Part shown: positions 27,568 through 43,835 of the stretch, in pieces | Layout of the letters: the number at the start of each line of letters is the position of its first letter | Numbering within the stretch: position 1 is the first letter of the stretch | Assembly: GCF_009914755.1 (NCBI RefSeq) | Contig: NC_060938.1 | Length of the DNA: 64,000 bases | Direction: 5' to 3' (one strand) | Source of the DNA: the human T2T-CHM13v2.0 reference genome, Homo sapiens | The notes under the pieces: model-generated | What the model was told of the DNA's origin: nothing | Databases searched by the model: none | Seen by the model: the letters and a program-made list of their open reading frames with translations, nothing else | Made by a program: the position numbers and the translations under genes

Positions 27568-29329
27568 AGAAGGAGATTTTCATTGAGTGAATGGTGAGTT
27601 TTATGAAGAGCCTCGACATCCCTCCCATCAAAGCATGTGAATAGAATATGGCTACATTAAGTGGATTCTGTGAGAGTCACAGCTTTAAAAAGCAAACCGT
27701 CTGTCTTGTCAAGTTGCTCAGCTCTCCAGGTGATTGGCAATCTGTGAGGTGTGACTCCTGAATGTAGAGGAGCTACACCTGGACATTTGATTGTGCCTGT
27801 TGGCAGAGCGTTCATAATCAAAAGTTGGGTTCGCATCTGCTACCCGCAGGGCATTAATGGATCTAGGTTAGGGCATAGCCCCAGTTCTGAAGTATGAGAA
27901 TGACATTTGTCACTCTTTTTAGTTGCCCAGGATGTGACCCCTTCCTGTGCCCGCAGAATCCCCAATCTCTGGAGGCAAAGCCACCCCCGCTAAAACTGGA
28001 AATGGCACAGACCACATGCCCACCCTTTCTTGCAGTTGAGAGTACAAGGGGCATAACCTAGGTTCCCCCAGCAGCTGGGGATAGGAGGGAGTGGGGTAGT
28101 GCTTCATCCAGCAGCTGTAGGAGTGGCAACAGCCTCTGTGGCAGAGCACAACAGCATTGGTGTCCATAGCAGGGCCATCACCTGCCCTATCTGCTGCACG
28201 AATTTAATTTAGGCCTTGATCCAGGCTGCATCCTCTTGGAGCTGATCCTCTAGCTCTCTTAAGGACCCTTGTGAGCCACCGACCATCCTGTAAATAAATG
28301 CCCTTCCTGCCCAGATCAGCCATGCTCAGCTTCTGTTGACTGACGCAGGAGTCTCCTCTCAGAGTCTCTATCATGGATACCAGTTGCACCAACAAGCCAT
28401 TATTCTTCCAGTGGTGGCATGGTGTTCCTGCTGATCCCTGACTGGTCAGACTCCTCCTGTCATGACAACATACACTTAGGGATGGGGCATCTGCAGCCAT
28501 GGAATGAGATTTCACTAGTTACCTGGGTTGTTGGTGCTAAGTGAATCAACCAGAAATGTAAGCAAATTTAATCTCAAGTACTTTTCTGCATGGGCAAGAT
28601 GGGGCACGTGTTGATACTTATTTCTGGTAACACTGGTAGGAGTCTTTCCTATGAAAGTGTAATACAGAGAACGTAATACACTAGAGTTTGGGCCAAAAGA
28701 AAGAGACGACAATGACAACAATAATAACAACAAAACCCTCCGTAGTTACAGGGAAAACTTTTTGCTATTTTTTAATGGAAAAGGAACAGTTTCAATATTC
28801 AGTTTATCTTCTTTATCCAGCCTCTTCTTTTTGTGTTGTAGAAATTCCACAGTGAACACTTATACTTCATCCGTTGACTCTAGATGACACTGAACCTCAC
28901 GATAGGAAACTTTCAGTGTGAGATGGATCATCTCGTTTCAAAGAGCAAAGAACTGATCCCTGAAAAGATTGAGAGAAGGTGAGCTTCCATTGATAAAAAC
29001 CAGGAATACAGGTTTTTCATATTCTCCCAGCAAGTTAAATGTGGAAGTAGAATAATTTCTTCCAAAACAAGGAGACAAAGATATTGTTAATCCTTTCAAT
29101 TGCATTACTTTTAGCAGCCGTAAAAATAAGCCCAGCAACAAATACTCAGGGTCTTAAATGAAAGCAGAGTAGATTTAAGAGAATTGGAGCAGAGGGCACA
29201 ATGAAAGGCCCTTTGCCTTTCATTTTGAATTTTTTGTGTAGTCAGTTGTCCAGCGACTGTGACTCCATGAGGGAGGGTGGTCATCCCTGCACAGCTGCAA
29301 AGGGTAGGGGCCGTGATTTCCACCTCTTT

Positions 29330-30260
29330 TCCTCCCACGTCTCTGTCAATCTGGCTTCCACTGAAATCACTTTCACTAATGCACTAATAAATCCCCAACG
29401 GCTTAATCTACCTATCTAGGCTGTGTCACACTGCTACTTTCATTTTCTTGCAACTCTTGCCTTTACTGAGCTCTACATTCTTCCTGTTTTCCTTCTCCCT
29501 TTCTGACCAGTCCTTCTCCATCTCTCCCACTGGCTCGTCCTCCTCCCCCGCACCACCCCCGCAACTAAGGCCGCAGTTCTCTCATGGGTTCTTTTCTCTT
29601 CCATTCCACATGCTTTTTCTTGGTGATCACGTCCATTTTCATGCCTTTTGACAATCACCAGTAACCAATGACCAGCACGCACATATTTCCTGAATTTCAA
29701 ATCCCTGTCTCTAATAAGCTCCTGGAGCCCTCCACCTGAATATTTTGCTGTCACCTCAAATTCAAATTCAATGTCTCAATCTGGATTATTATCATTTTGC
29801 TCCAAACCTCCACTTTTTTTTTGTTTTTTTTTTTTTTCTTAGACAGGGTCTTGCTCTGTTCCCCAGGCTGGACTGCAGTGGCATGATCATGGCTCACCGC
29901 AGCCTTTACCTCCTGGGCTCAGGTGATCCTCCTACCTCAGCCTCCTGAGTAGCTGGGTATGTACAGGCACACACCACGATGCTCAGCTAATTTTTTTGTA
30001 ATTTTTGTAGAGATGGGATTTCTCCACATTGCCCAGCCTGGCCTGGAACACCTGGTCTCAAGTGATCTGCCCTCCTTGGCCTCCCAAAGCGCTGGGATTA
30101 CAGACGTGAGTCACTGCATCCAACCAGACATTCACTTCTTACATTCCTATATTTACTGCCCAGAAAGCTCAAAATTATCCTCAACACGCCCCTCCCTCCT
30201 GTTCCACCCTCATTCACCAAATTCTACAGATTCTGCCTTAGAAATTAATCATAAACTTGG
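29330..30260 (+). mobile_element. L2 fragment with a minus-strand AluJb at 29813-30125
   Basis: Pyrimidine-rich degenerate L2 ORF2 motifs (CACCTCAAATTCAA); clear Alu. Confidence 0.65.
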
Positions 30261-31224
30261 CCCTCCTCTCCATCCCTCTGGCCTTTGCCTCGGTGAAGCC
30301 CCCTTCCCCTCTCTATGGCCACGGTCCCCCACACATCCCCACACTGCTTCCCAGTTGTCTTGCACCAGATGACACAGACTGCTTGGGCAGCCAAGGGAGG
30401 AGAGCTCAAGCAGACCTAGGAGACCAAGCAGATGGAAGCCAGCAAAGGAACAAAGGTTATCCATGGGGTCAGGACCCTGGGGGATCCTGAGGCTTGAATG
30501 GAAGCTATAGTTTTGCAATTGCAGCAAGTCCTGCCTCCAGCAGTGACCAAGCTGATCCCTAACTCCTCTGAGGATTTGCACGTGGCTGCCTACCTCCACT
30601 CCTTCCTACTCCCAGGGTAGGAAGGAAGCTGCCCATGGCCATAGAACTCATTACCCTAAAATACCACCTCAATTCCATCGCTTCCCAGTCCCCAGTCTTT
30701 GGTGACTCCCCATCATCCACAGAATCCAGAGTACACTTTCCATTTCCCGCCGAGTGCTCCAGGACCCCATAATTGCTCACGTAGCTTTGCTGTTGAGTGT
30801 GTCAATTACTCACCTAAATTAGTCATTCCCCCTCTCACACTTAACTATTGACTGTGATTTTCCAACCTCTGGAATTTGCCTATGGCTTTTCTCCTCCTAG
30901 AACCCTGTCCTATAAGTCCTCAAACCTATTTGTTTAGGTCTTATGTGGTTTTTCACTTGTTAAGCCATCACATATTTAGAACCAACTAGGGGCCACGCCA
31001 ATTCCAGCAAAAAAGACTAGAGCTCTCCCCTCAAAGAGCACTTAGTCCACTGGGAAAGGTGGACAAGGAAAAGGAATTTGCATTACAATGTGATAAATTC
31101 CACAGTGATGTTGCCATATGATGTCCTGGGAAAACCTTTCTGGGAATCTCTCAAATCTCATCACCATAGAGATGTTCACATTAACTTACAGAGAAACCAT
31201 TTCCTGTCTTCTGAACGCCAGGGC

Positions 31225-31568
31225 TATGATTCTCAACTTTGTTGTACAAAGATTCATCTGGGGCCTGTAGTCCCAGCTACTCAGGAGGCTGAGGCAGGAG
31301 AATGGCATGAACCCAGGAGGCAGAGCTTGCAGTGAGCCGAGATCGCACCACTGCGCTCCAGCCTGGGCGACAGAGCGAGACTCCGTCTGGAAAAAAAAAA
31401 AAAGATTCATCTGGGGAGATTTTTTTAATACACATTTTCCAAAGTCTCACTTTCAGAAATTCTGAGTCAGTAGACCTGAGATTCGGCCTAGGAATAAACA
31501 TTTTTAATAAACCCCTCAGTGATTTTAATATAGGTGAGGCCACAGGTCACACTTAGAATAACATTGCT
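31225..31568. mobile_element. MER5-family hAT relic with a 5'-truncated AluY-like right arm (+, 31262-31403)
   Basis: GAAATTCTGAGTCAGTAGACCTGAG motif; Alu TSD AAAGATTCATCTGGGG. Confidence 0.82.
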
Positions 31569-31699
31569 AATGCGTTTATTGTTTTTGCAACTCACATACC
31601 ATACCAGATACTTTCTTGTAGTCTACACACTTACATGAATGGCTTATCTAGTTTGCTAAATAATAGATCTTTAAAAGCAGAATATTTTACTTATACATC

Positions 31700-32039
<340 letters not shown>

Positions 32040-32359
32040 TAAGAATAGTACATGAGTAATTGTATATCTTTGGTGCTTCATAAGTCTTTAACAATTTTAG
32101 TATAGTCATATTTTGTATTTAACTTTTTATAACTATATATTTATTTCATAATTTGAAATATTTTTTTAAAAGATTGATGTGAGGACATGTTGCTGCTGAA
32201 AGGCTGAGAGGTGCTAGTGACAAGGTGGGGATGGGAGGTGCTGCTGCACCCCAGGGGCCCACACTCTCAGGTGGGGGCAATGCAAACAGGGCGCCTGCTG
32301 CACAGACCAGCTCAGGGAGGTTCAGGATGCACTAACATGATGCTGAGAGAATGTCTTAG

Positions 32360-32916
<557 letters not shown>

Positions 32917-34182
32917 TCAAGAAAATGCGGAGGGAAGCCCATGAAGCCCAAGACTCCCGCCCAGCTGGAGGCTGCCTGCCTTTGCTTGTAACCTCCATCA
33001 GGGCACCGTGCCTGACCATACCTGCCTGCAAAGGCTCTAGGGCTTGCAGGATCTCTGGAACTGCTGAACTGAGATGTGGGTCTCAACCATGTGGGTTTGG
33101 TTCTGCCTTCTCCACGCTCGGACTAGATCTCTTTCTAGATGCAAACCTAACTTCCCCTGTGATGCCACGTGCGCTGGGCCAGGGCTTGTTGCAAACCCCA
33201 CAGTTGTGTTTCCTGGACCACCCGCTCAGCAGCATCCCAGACAGTGAACCAGAGCCCTAATTGGGCCTGGAAATCACTGGAAGAGAAATAAAAGAGGATT
33301 AAGCTGGGATTACTCTTCTTTCTTATTTACCACTCCCTGAGAGCTCTTCTTCCCCAGCCTCTCCAGCTGGCCTCTCTTCACAACTGAAACTACCAACCCC
33401 CTCTGCCCCCCATCATATAGCATTAGCCCTACTCCAATCTTTCTAGAAAGTTCTTGTTCTGGAGTCCAGAACGAATACAGATATTGAATAAGGCATATTT
33501 TGGAGCTCAGGACCCAGTAGGATGTAGCCTCGTAGCTGTAGCAAAACAGGAAAGATTGGTTAGAATTGGACCCAGAACTAGACCAGGATGGAGCCCAACT
33601 AGTCCCAGGTGCTGTTATGGCATCTACTGCGGTAGTGCCATCATTGGGCATACTCACATGCCTTAGTCCATGCTCAGGGACAAATGGAGCAAAGCAACTG
33701 GGACCTAGAGATACAGTCAAATAGAATTAAGCTAGTCCATTGGTGGATAAAGGGTTCCTAGCCCCTGGGCTGAGTTTGAGGACCTTTTCTTAGCGGGAAC
33801 TGCACTGCCAGGTAATTTAGCAGAATAGGGAAGCAATGCAAGAATCCAGCTACCAGATCTGTGGGTCAAGGAACATACTATGACTTCTGAGCAAAACTAG
33901 TTTTGATATTTGAACAAAACTAGAGGGAAGAAGGCTGAGGCTTGGAGATACTCTTCAGCAATTCTGCCTGCCTGTGATTCTCCTTATAGAATTCAGAGGA
34001 ATAAACAATGCCCCACCCAGGACTGACATAGAATGCAGAGAGGGTAACCCAGGCAGCCCCAGGTACTCGCCTGGGTCCAAAGGCCAACCTTGGCCTTCAA
34101 CACTGCAACATTTCTTTACTATACAAGTGGTATCCTTCATACTCACATGTCATGGTTTATGCTATCTAAAAATTAGAATTGA

Positions 34183-34627
<445 letters not shown>

Positions 34628-35201
34628 TCAGATTTGATCACCATGTGTGCCTCTTCAGAATATCTGCTAAGCAAAGTGGGGAAACAGGATTAGAAACCAA
34701 GTTAGTATCTTTCCTTTTTATGGGAACTTAGTGGAAGCGAGAATCTTCAGACGTTCCATCTAGTTTAACCTACTGATATAAGCTGGGACTCTGTAAAGTC
34801 CATGATTTTAATTTCTAGAAAAGAATCCCAGGGGCAGATCTATTGATATTGCCAAGGAAAATTTTAAAAATGAAACGCTTATCACTTCTTGGTAGATATT
34901 TGTGAAAACCTCATGATATACTTTATATTTTTTATTGGCAAGAGGTCATATAGGCTAGATCATGTGGTGGAATTTGCTTTTGTTAACATCAAGGGAGGAA
35001 TGCTAGCTAATTTGTTTGGATGGATGTGTTCTAACATTGCTCTAAAAATTATTGCTGGGCATACTGGGATCATACTAGGATCTCTGTCACCAGAAAAGCC
35101 CAGCCTCACTGTCCTTGGTGGCTGACTCTGTGGTCATGGGGCTCACAGATGCAGAAAGGCACACCTACCTACTTTCCCACTGTCCATTTTTGCTCACTCT
35201 A

Positions 35202-35509
35202 TTTTTTTTTTTTTTTTATAGACAGAGTCTTGCTCTGTTGCCCAGGCTGGAGTGCAGTGGCGTGATCGCGACTCAATGCAACCTCCACCTCCTGGGTTCA
35301 AGCCATTCTCCTGCCTCAGACTCCGAGTAGCTGGGACTACAGGCGCCCGCCACCACGCCCAGCTAATTTTTGTATTTTTAGTAGAGAGGGGGTTTCACCA
35401 TGTTGGCCAGGATGGTCTCAATCTCTTGACCTCATGATCCGCCCGCCTCGATCTCTTGATCTCATAATCCGCCCTCTGGGATTACAGGTGTGAGCCACCG
35501 CGCCTGGCT
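35202..35509 (-). mobile_element. AluS with an internal duplication/deletion
   Basis: TSD TGCTCACTCTA. Confidence 0.92.
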
Positions 35510-36247
35510 GCTCACTCTACTTTATAGAAGCTGCTTATTCCCTTCACCCCTTCCCTACTCAATGGCCATAGAGAGTGTCTGGTCATTCCTTTTCCTACTG
35601 TATCTTTAAAATTCTATCAATGCGGTTTTTACATTCCATTTTCTTTGAGATGTTTGTTTATGCTGAAGAACTCATACAGGGATTTTTTTTCTCTCTCTGT
35701 CTCAGGGGATTAGCATTTTAGTAAGAGCTGAATAATAAAACTAGACTATAAAATCCTGTTTAAATGTTGTGGTGCATGTCTTACTTCTCATAATTGAGTG
35801 GGAATTATTAGGATCGAACTTTGTTGTTGTTGTTCCAGAGGGAAAAAACGGGCCAGTTTTCTCTGCCGGGTCACAAGGATGGATGTCGAAGGGGAAATGA
35901 CCTGTGATATCTTATAAAACATAAACTCTATTTTTCTAGATAGAAAGGAAGATGTAGCACAAAGTGAGATGGAGTATTAATGAGTGGACCACCAGATCTG
36001 CTTCGAATGTTTTTCAACTTCTGGTAGGTCTCATACTCTGTTGAAAACTTGAGGCAAACACATATATGCGCAAAGACATACACAACATGGCAGTGATTTC
36101 AAGGGAATTGTGGACTCCATGGCCCTCAGATTAAAGAAAATCCTTGTAGGTCCTCAAAATGTTTTCTCTATCCTTTGGGTTCAACTTTAATCCAGAAGTT
36201 AGAATAAATGGATGAAATTTAGTTTCCAATCAAGCAATAAATATACA

Positions 36248-36632
36248 CAGTTGACTGTTAAACAACATGGGTTTGAACTGCATGGGTCCACTTTTACATG
36301 GATTTTCTTCCATCTTTGCCACCCCTGAGACAACGAGACCAATCTTGCCTCTTCCTCCTCCTCCTCAGGCTACTCAAGGTGAAGACGACAAGGATGAAAA
36401 CATTTATGGGGATCCACTTCCATTTAACGAATAGTAAATATCTTTTCCCTTCTTTATGATTACAAAATATAACTTACAAAATGTATGTTAATCAACTGTT
36501 TATATTATCAATAATTTCAACCCACAGAAAGCTATTAGTAGTTAAGTTTTGGAGGAATCAAAAGTTATATGGAAATTTTTGATTACATGGGGGCCCGTAC
36601 TCCTAACCTCCGCATTCTTCAAGGGTCAAGTT
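36248..36632 (+). mobile_element. Tigger2a/MER8-like TcMar DNA transposon
   Basis: TIRs CAGTTGAC...AAGGGTCAA; internal GAAGACGACAAGGATGAA...GATCCACTTCCATTTAA. Confidence 0.85.
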
Positions 36633-36924
36633 AATTATGCTTAGTGTTGTGCTAGGTAGGAAAGAACCCAGAAACATTGTAAGAGCTCATCCCTGCCTTC
36701 CAGGGCTTTGGGAAGACTGTACAAACTCACATGGGGTATCTTTAAACAAGACAGTATAGAGTTCAGTGCTAAATTGTGTGGTATGGATGAAGAGTGCTAC
36801 AGGCTCTCAGGAGAGGGGGGTTAATAGTTTAGTCAAAGAAAATTTCATAAAAGGATTTGATTTGTACTTGAAAGAATCTCTGGGGCTTAAACAGAGGGGG
36901 ATGTGGTAACATTCCATGGAGACA

Positions 36925-37265
36925 ATATAGCTCAGGAGAGAGAATACGGGTTTTGACATGTGGTAAATCTAGGTTTGAATCACCACTCTGTCCCTTTTAG
37001 GCTCTATAACTGTGCTAAAGTTATTTAATATCCCTGAATTTTAGATTCTTCATCTGTAAAATGGGCATTTTTAAAGAATGGATGGGAGTAATCAATTAAA
37101 TAATTCTGTAAAAGTACCTCAGACAGTGCCATGAAGGCAAAAACGTCTCTCTTGTTTGCAAACGCAATCCAAGAGCATTACCCAGGGGCTGACACATAGA
37201 AGGTGCTTGACAAATATCTGCAAGAGGGGTTGAATGAATGAGTGAATGAATCAGTGAATCAATGA
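36925..37265 (+). mobile_element. MIR plus L2 3' end
   Basis: TTCTTCATCTGTAAAATGGG core; (GAAT)n tail. Confidence 0.65.
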
Positions 37266-37359
37266 ATAAAAAATATGTTGAGGAATAAGCAATAATGATG
37301 AATCTGATGTATGGCAATATGTAATTTCTTCTTTAAAATATATTGTGATAAAATCAAAT

Positions 37360-38735
37360 TCTATCAAGAGAGTAAAAAGATAAGCCATGGACCAGGAGAC
37401 AATAATCACAAAACACATATCTGTTAAGGGACTGTTGTCCAAAATACACAGAGATCTCTGAAAACTCAATCAGAAGAAAACAACCAGTTAAAGAATGGGG
37501 CAAAGACTTTACCATACACCTCATCAAAGAAGATACACAAACGGAAAATAAGCATATGAAAAGATGTTCCACATCATATGTCATCAGGGAAACACAAATT
37601 AAAATAACAATAAGATACCACTACACAGCTGTCAGAATGGCCAAAATCCAGAACACTGACAACAGCAAATGCTGGTGAGGATGTGGAGCAACAGAAACCA
37701 TCATTTATTGCTGGTGGGAATGCAAATGGTGTAGTTATTTTGGAAAATAGTTTGGCAGATTTTTTTTTTTACAAAACTAAACATGCTCTTACCGTATAAT
37801 CCAGTAATCATGTTCCTTAGTATTTATCCAAAGGAGTTGAAAACTTATGTCCACACAAAAACCTGCACACAAGTGCTTATAGCAACTTTATACATAATTG
37901 CCAAAACTTTAGAAGTAACTTAAGATGTCATTCAGTAGGTGAATGGATAAACTATTGTACAATGGAATGATGTGTGGCAATATATAATTTCTTTGTTCAG
38001 ATATATTGTTATAAAAGCAAATTATATCAACAGAATGAAAAGATAAGCTATAGACCAGGAGAAAATATTTTGTGCATCTAGACAATGCAATATTACTCAT
38101 TGCTAAAAAGAAATGAGCCATTAGGCCATGAAAACACATGGAGGAAACTTAAATGCCTATTACTAAGTGAAAGAAGCCAATCTAAAAAGACTACATGCTG
38201 TATGATTCCAACTATACGACATTCTGGAAGAGGCAAAACTATGGAGATATTAAAAGTTCAGTGGCAGCCAGGCGCAGCGCCTCATGCCTGTAATCCCAGC
38301 ACTTTGGGAGGCCAAGGCGGGCAGATTGCCTGAGGTCAGGAGTTCAAGACCAGCCTGGCCAACATGGTGAAACCCTGTCTCTACGAAAAGCACAAAAATT
38401 AGCTGGGCGTGGTGGCAAGCGCCTGTAGTCCCAGCTACTCAGGAGGCTGAAGCATGAGAATCTCTTGAACCCGGGAGATGGAGGTTGCAGTGAGCCGAGA
38501 TTGTGCCTCTGCTTGCCAGTCTAGGGGATAGAGCGAGACTCTGTCTCCAAAAAAAAAAAAAGTTAAGTGAGCCACTAGGGGTTAGGCAAAAGAGAGGGAC
38601 AAATAGGCAGGGCAGAGCACAGAGGATTTTCAGGAAAGTGACACTATTCTGTAAGCTACTATAATGGTGAATATATGTCATTGTACATTTTTCCAAACCC
38701 ACAGAATGTACAACACCAAGAGTGAACCCTAATGT
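37360..38735 (+). mobile_element. L1M (MB/MC-type) 3' region with an AluS at 38264-38561
   Basis: CACATCATATGTCATCAGGGAAA, AAAACTTATGTCCACACAAAAACC, CCAAGAGTGAACCCTAATGTAAA. Confidence 0.88.
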
Positions 38736-38899
38736 AAAAACATTTTTATTTAAAAAATCAAATTATAGCTATAGCTATAACTCAAATGCATTCATATTGT
38801 GTTCTAGGTTATTCAAGGACAAACTCCCCCGTTTCTGGGTTATCTGGGTTTTTTATAGCTTTATCTCCAGCTCCACAACTCTGATTCTAGTATTATTTC

Positions 38900-39480
38900 C
38901 TGTTGTCTTTCATTTTCAGTTTTCAGCAGTGTAATATGATGTTCCTACATGTGATTTTTCTGTATTTACCATTCGGGGTTCCCTGAACTTCATGAATCTG
39001 TGGGTTGATGTTGTTCATCAGTTTTGGAAAACACCGGCCATTGCCCCTCAAATATTACTTCTATCCTATTATCTCTCCTTTCCAAGTATCTCATTGCCTA
39101 TATGTTAGACCGTTTCACTGTCTCTTATATCTTTTATTTTCTTGTCTATTTTTCCCCTATTCTTCTTTTACCTGTTCATTTTCAATTAACTTGTCTTTCA
39201 ATCACAAACTTGTCGTCTTCTTCTTCTAAACTGCTATTAAACTCATTTAATGGGTAAGAGCAGATTTTTCCACTCAAAAATTTTCATATTATTCTCTTGT
39301 ATAGGTTCCATGTCTCTGGTAAAAATACTCATCTTTTTTTTTTCTATTTTCTTGTACATATTAATCATAGTTATTTTAAAGCCCTTGTCTTTTATGCCCC
39401 ATGTCTGGATTACCTGTAGGTCTGTTTCTATTGCCTATTTTTTCCTCTTAGTTTTCAATCATATGGTACTTCATATGGGG
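38900..39480 (-). mobile_element. Old L1M fragment
   Basis: T-rich antisense L1 motifs (TTCATCAGTTTTGGAAAA). Confidence 0.6.
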
Positions 39481-39689
39481 CTTGTAATAGCCATGTCATT
39501 TTATGAGACCAATCCTATTAGATAAATCCTTAAGAGAGCTCCAGATATTTATAATAGGTTCATAAGGCAGATGCTTCTTCCCCAAATCACAAAGATATCT
39601 ATTTATAAACAAATATGTAAAGAGACAAACATCACTATCTGGTTTACACCATTTGGGGTTCTTGAGACTCAGGGATTTCCAGTATTCAA

Positions 39690-40460
39690 TATTCATTCAA
39701 CAAGTACTTGAGATCCTATTTTGTGTCAGCACCGTTCTAGTGCTGGGGATTTTTGGTGATCAAGGTAAGGTCTCTGTCCACTGGAATTTGCATTTCATTG
39801 AGGAAAGACACAAAAAATTAATAAATAGCAAGAAAATGAGCAGATAATCATGAGTGCTGTGCTGATAATTAAAATAGAATGACATGATAAAGAGTAATGT
39901 GGTGACTCCTTCACATTGAGTGGTTAGGGAAGGATTATTTCGGGGAAAGTGACTCCAAAGATGATAATTTAATGACAAGAAGGAACCAAGTTATTATTGA
40001 AAAAGCATTTAAGGCAGAAGAAAGAACTAGTGCAAGATCCTAAGAGAGGAATGAGTTTGGCACATTCAAGGAAAGGAGAGGAAAGAAGGTTAGAGTTACA
40101 GAAGTGAAGAAGTTCAGAGTCAAAGAACTGAGTCAATAGACAGGAATCCTATCATGTAGGGCTTCATATGTCAGAGTAAGGAGTTCAGATTTCTCCTTAA
40201 CTCTGATAAGAAGCCACGGAAGGAATTTAAGGAGGAGGGGAACAGGATCTGCTTTCTATTTTGAAAAAAGTAGTTTTCAGAAGAGCAAGATTGGAAGCTG
40301 AGAAACAAGTTAGGTGCTAATTGTACTGGTCCAGGCGAATAATGGTGAGGGCTTAGATGAGGTTATCCTCATCCAAGCAGTGGAGATGAACACCTAGATT
40401 TGGAAATCATTGGCATGTAGATGCTATTTGTAGATGCCTCAGGACTAAATGAGACTCCTG
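39690..40460 (-). mobile_element. L2
   Basis: ATTCATTCAACAAGTACTTGAG 3' end followed by purine-rich L2 body. Confidence 0.75.
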
Positions 40461-40535
40461 TATTTCTTAGCCAAGTCAAGTATATAGAAACATGATATCC
40501 TGGGACTAGAAGAGACATTAAAGATCCTTTAGGCC

Positions 40536-40873
<338 letters not shown>

Positions 40874-42984
40874 CTAGTTAGGTTAAGTGCTTTCTTCATA
40901 GTCATATAGTTCATCAGAATCTAGGATTTCCTTACTTATTTCAGTGCATTTTCATTACCTTCGGCCTCTGAAAGAGTTGAGAGAGTACAACTTAGCTTCA
41001 AAGTTATGGTAAATATTTGTTGAAAGAAATAATTATACTCTGTGCAATATTGGATTTTAAATGATCAAAAAATTTAAAAAACCACAAATTCATTGCTTAA
41101 AAATATTTCACTATCAATCTGAATTCAAATAAAGAAGCAGCTTCGTTGGCAGACTAGTTGGCTCAGTGAAAAATGAATGAGCAGAAATATTTTTATCCAA
41201 ATTATTGTAGCTGATGCAACCTTCTTTTTAAAAGAGTGTTTTAAATTAAAAGACCAATCATTTCTTCATCATCTAGAGGGGGAAGAAACTTGTAATGTAA
41301 AATCCTATTTACTGAGTTGTTGGATAGGATAGTAAAATTCCACAGATCTGGGTTTACACACACACACATATGCACACACATTTACAATTGTATTGCACAG
41401 ACAGCAAGTGTGAGTCTTGCTTCTACCAACGCAGTACAAAAGGAAGCTGAGAGAGTCAAGGGAAAACCCTGTCCACGTTGTGTTGACACAGTTAGAGTAA
41501 AGTGAAAGAGTCAAAGGTTGAAACCGATACTAAGACTACTATCAGATTTCGCAGAAAAGAGCTCTTCTAGGTACTGCAGATAAAATAATACTCCAATAAC
41601 TGATCGATCATTCCTTTTATGAAAGTACCACTGAGTTGTTTGTGAAACCCTCAGTAGCTTTAAAAGATACTCCAAATATCATATCCCAGATATTGTTCCA
41701 CCTGTCTTTTCAGAAAAAGAAGCAGAAAAAGAACTGTACCTTTCTCCATTGCCTGTGTCCAGTAAACTCTTGGCAACAACATGATAGACAACCACTAGCA
41801 CTATTTAACCTCTTTGAGCCTCCATTTCCTGATCAGTAAAATGAAGCAGGTGATCACTTGGGAATCCCCTGGAGTCTTTGAAATCATAATTCTAAGCTTT
41901 GTCAAAGCCAAAATCAATAAAAAGAAGAAAATAGGTTCTAAGATAACGCGAGACTAGCTTTATTTTTTTCTGTGCTTGGGCAGAGCTGTGACCAGCCACC
42001 TGGAACATCATATTGGATTCTGACTCCCTTTCTTTCTGCCCCAAATTAAAGTACCTTTTCTTTGGTATTTCACTAAATCTTTAAAGTAGTCAATAGTAAA
42101 CACCATTTTGTAAATAAAGTTGTCTCATCTGGTAACTACAAAATACAAATATATCTTTCAGACACGATTTCAGATGAATTCTTCAATGCAAATGGAAATG
42201 ACTTTTTTCAATGTATTATTAAGAGATGGTAGATAACTAGCCTAATGCAAAGACTTGATCTAGTGTAAGGTCAGTAGACAAAAGACCACCTGTGAAAACC
42301 AAGGGTTGTACCCTTTTAGTACGGGGAACTTTGTCTCCTGTTGGCCTAAAACCAGTTTATGAGGTCTTTGCAGGAGCCGATGCCACACCAATGAATGTCA
42401 ATAGATGAGTAGAAGAAGTCTTCAGCTTGCTGATTGCCCCACTCAAGACCAAGGCCTCTCTTCCTGCATCTTCCTTCGTTCAGCAAATTCTCTACATTTG
42501 GGGAAAAATAAATCACCTCAACATCAATCTTTGATTCCCTCTTTTGCCAATAAATGTTGACCCCATTTAAAGTCAACTCAAGTTTGACACATGTTATGGT
42601 AAGGAGCTTCTGTATTTTCCAGGATTTTAGGAATTTGGTGGTAGAACAGAAAACAGTCCTCATATTATTATTAGTTTTTCTTTTAACAACTATAGTTACT
42701 TTATTATTGTACCCCCAGTACCTAGCACAGTGCCTGATAGGTAGTAAGCATACAGTCTTTGTTGAAAGCTGAGCAAATGAATGAATGAACAGACCTCCTT
42801 ATAGTCTGGTGAGAAACATTATGTGACTTGAAGGTGGAGAGCAGAACTACATTTATAGTTCACTTAAAAATTTCCCCACTGGTTAGTGCTCTTATTATTA
42901 AAATAATTCCCTCCCCATCCACAAGGTAGGTTCCAGGAACTCTCCTTCTTTCTCCTATGTTTTGGGGATTTAAAAAATCTTCTT

Positions 42985-43285
<301 letters not shown>

Positions 43286-43537
43286 TCATAGTTGGCCCTC
43301 CAAAGCTACCACTTTATCTTCCCTTTTCTTTGTCACAGTCCTTCTTTTGACTCTGCTCTTTTCTCTCTACTCACAGCTTTAGACTTGGTACTTCAAACTG
43401 TTTGGGGCATTCCAGAGCCCACCTTCATCCAAGCAGGTATTTTATGAACATTATCTCATTAATTATTTTCTCCATTTCATAAGTAAATAAAATTAGACTA
43501 TGAGATGTCCCACAGGAAGTAGAAACGAGTAGGAAAT

Positions 43538-43835
43538 GGCTGTGCAGTGGCTCATGCCTGTAATCTTAGCACTTTGGGAGGCCAAGGTGGGAGTATCTCT
43601 TGAGTTCAAGACCAGCCTGGAAAATATAGCTAGGCCCTGTCTCTATAGCAAAACAAAACAAAACAAAATTAGCCAGGCACAGTGGTACATGCCTGTAGTC
43701 CCAGCTATTAAGGAGGTAGAGGCTGAGGCTGGAGGATTGCTTGAGCCCAGCTAGGATCACACCACTGAACTCCAGCCTGGGTGTCAAAGCTGGGTGACAA
43801 AGCCTGTCTCTAAGTAAGTAAATAAATTAAAATAA
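43538..43835 (+). mobile_element. AluJ
   Basis: Diverged Alu dimer. Confidence 0.88.

Noticed and set aside
41130-41300. Conserved-looking unique block with NFI-like half sites (similar block at 60040-60350)
   Set aside because: Function cannot be supported from short motifs alone without conservation data
42346-42663. 105-aa minus-strand ORF in non-repeat sequence
   Set aside because: No recognisable homology or processed-pseudogene hallmarks
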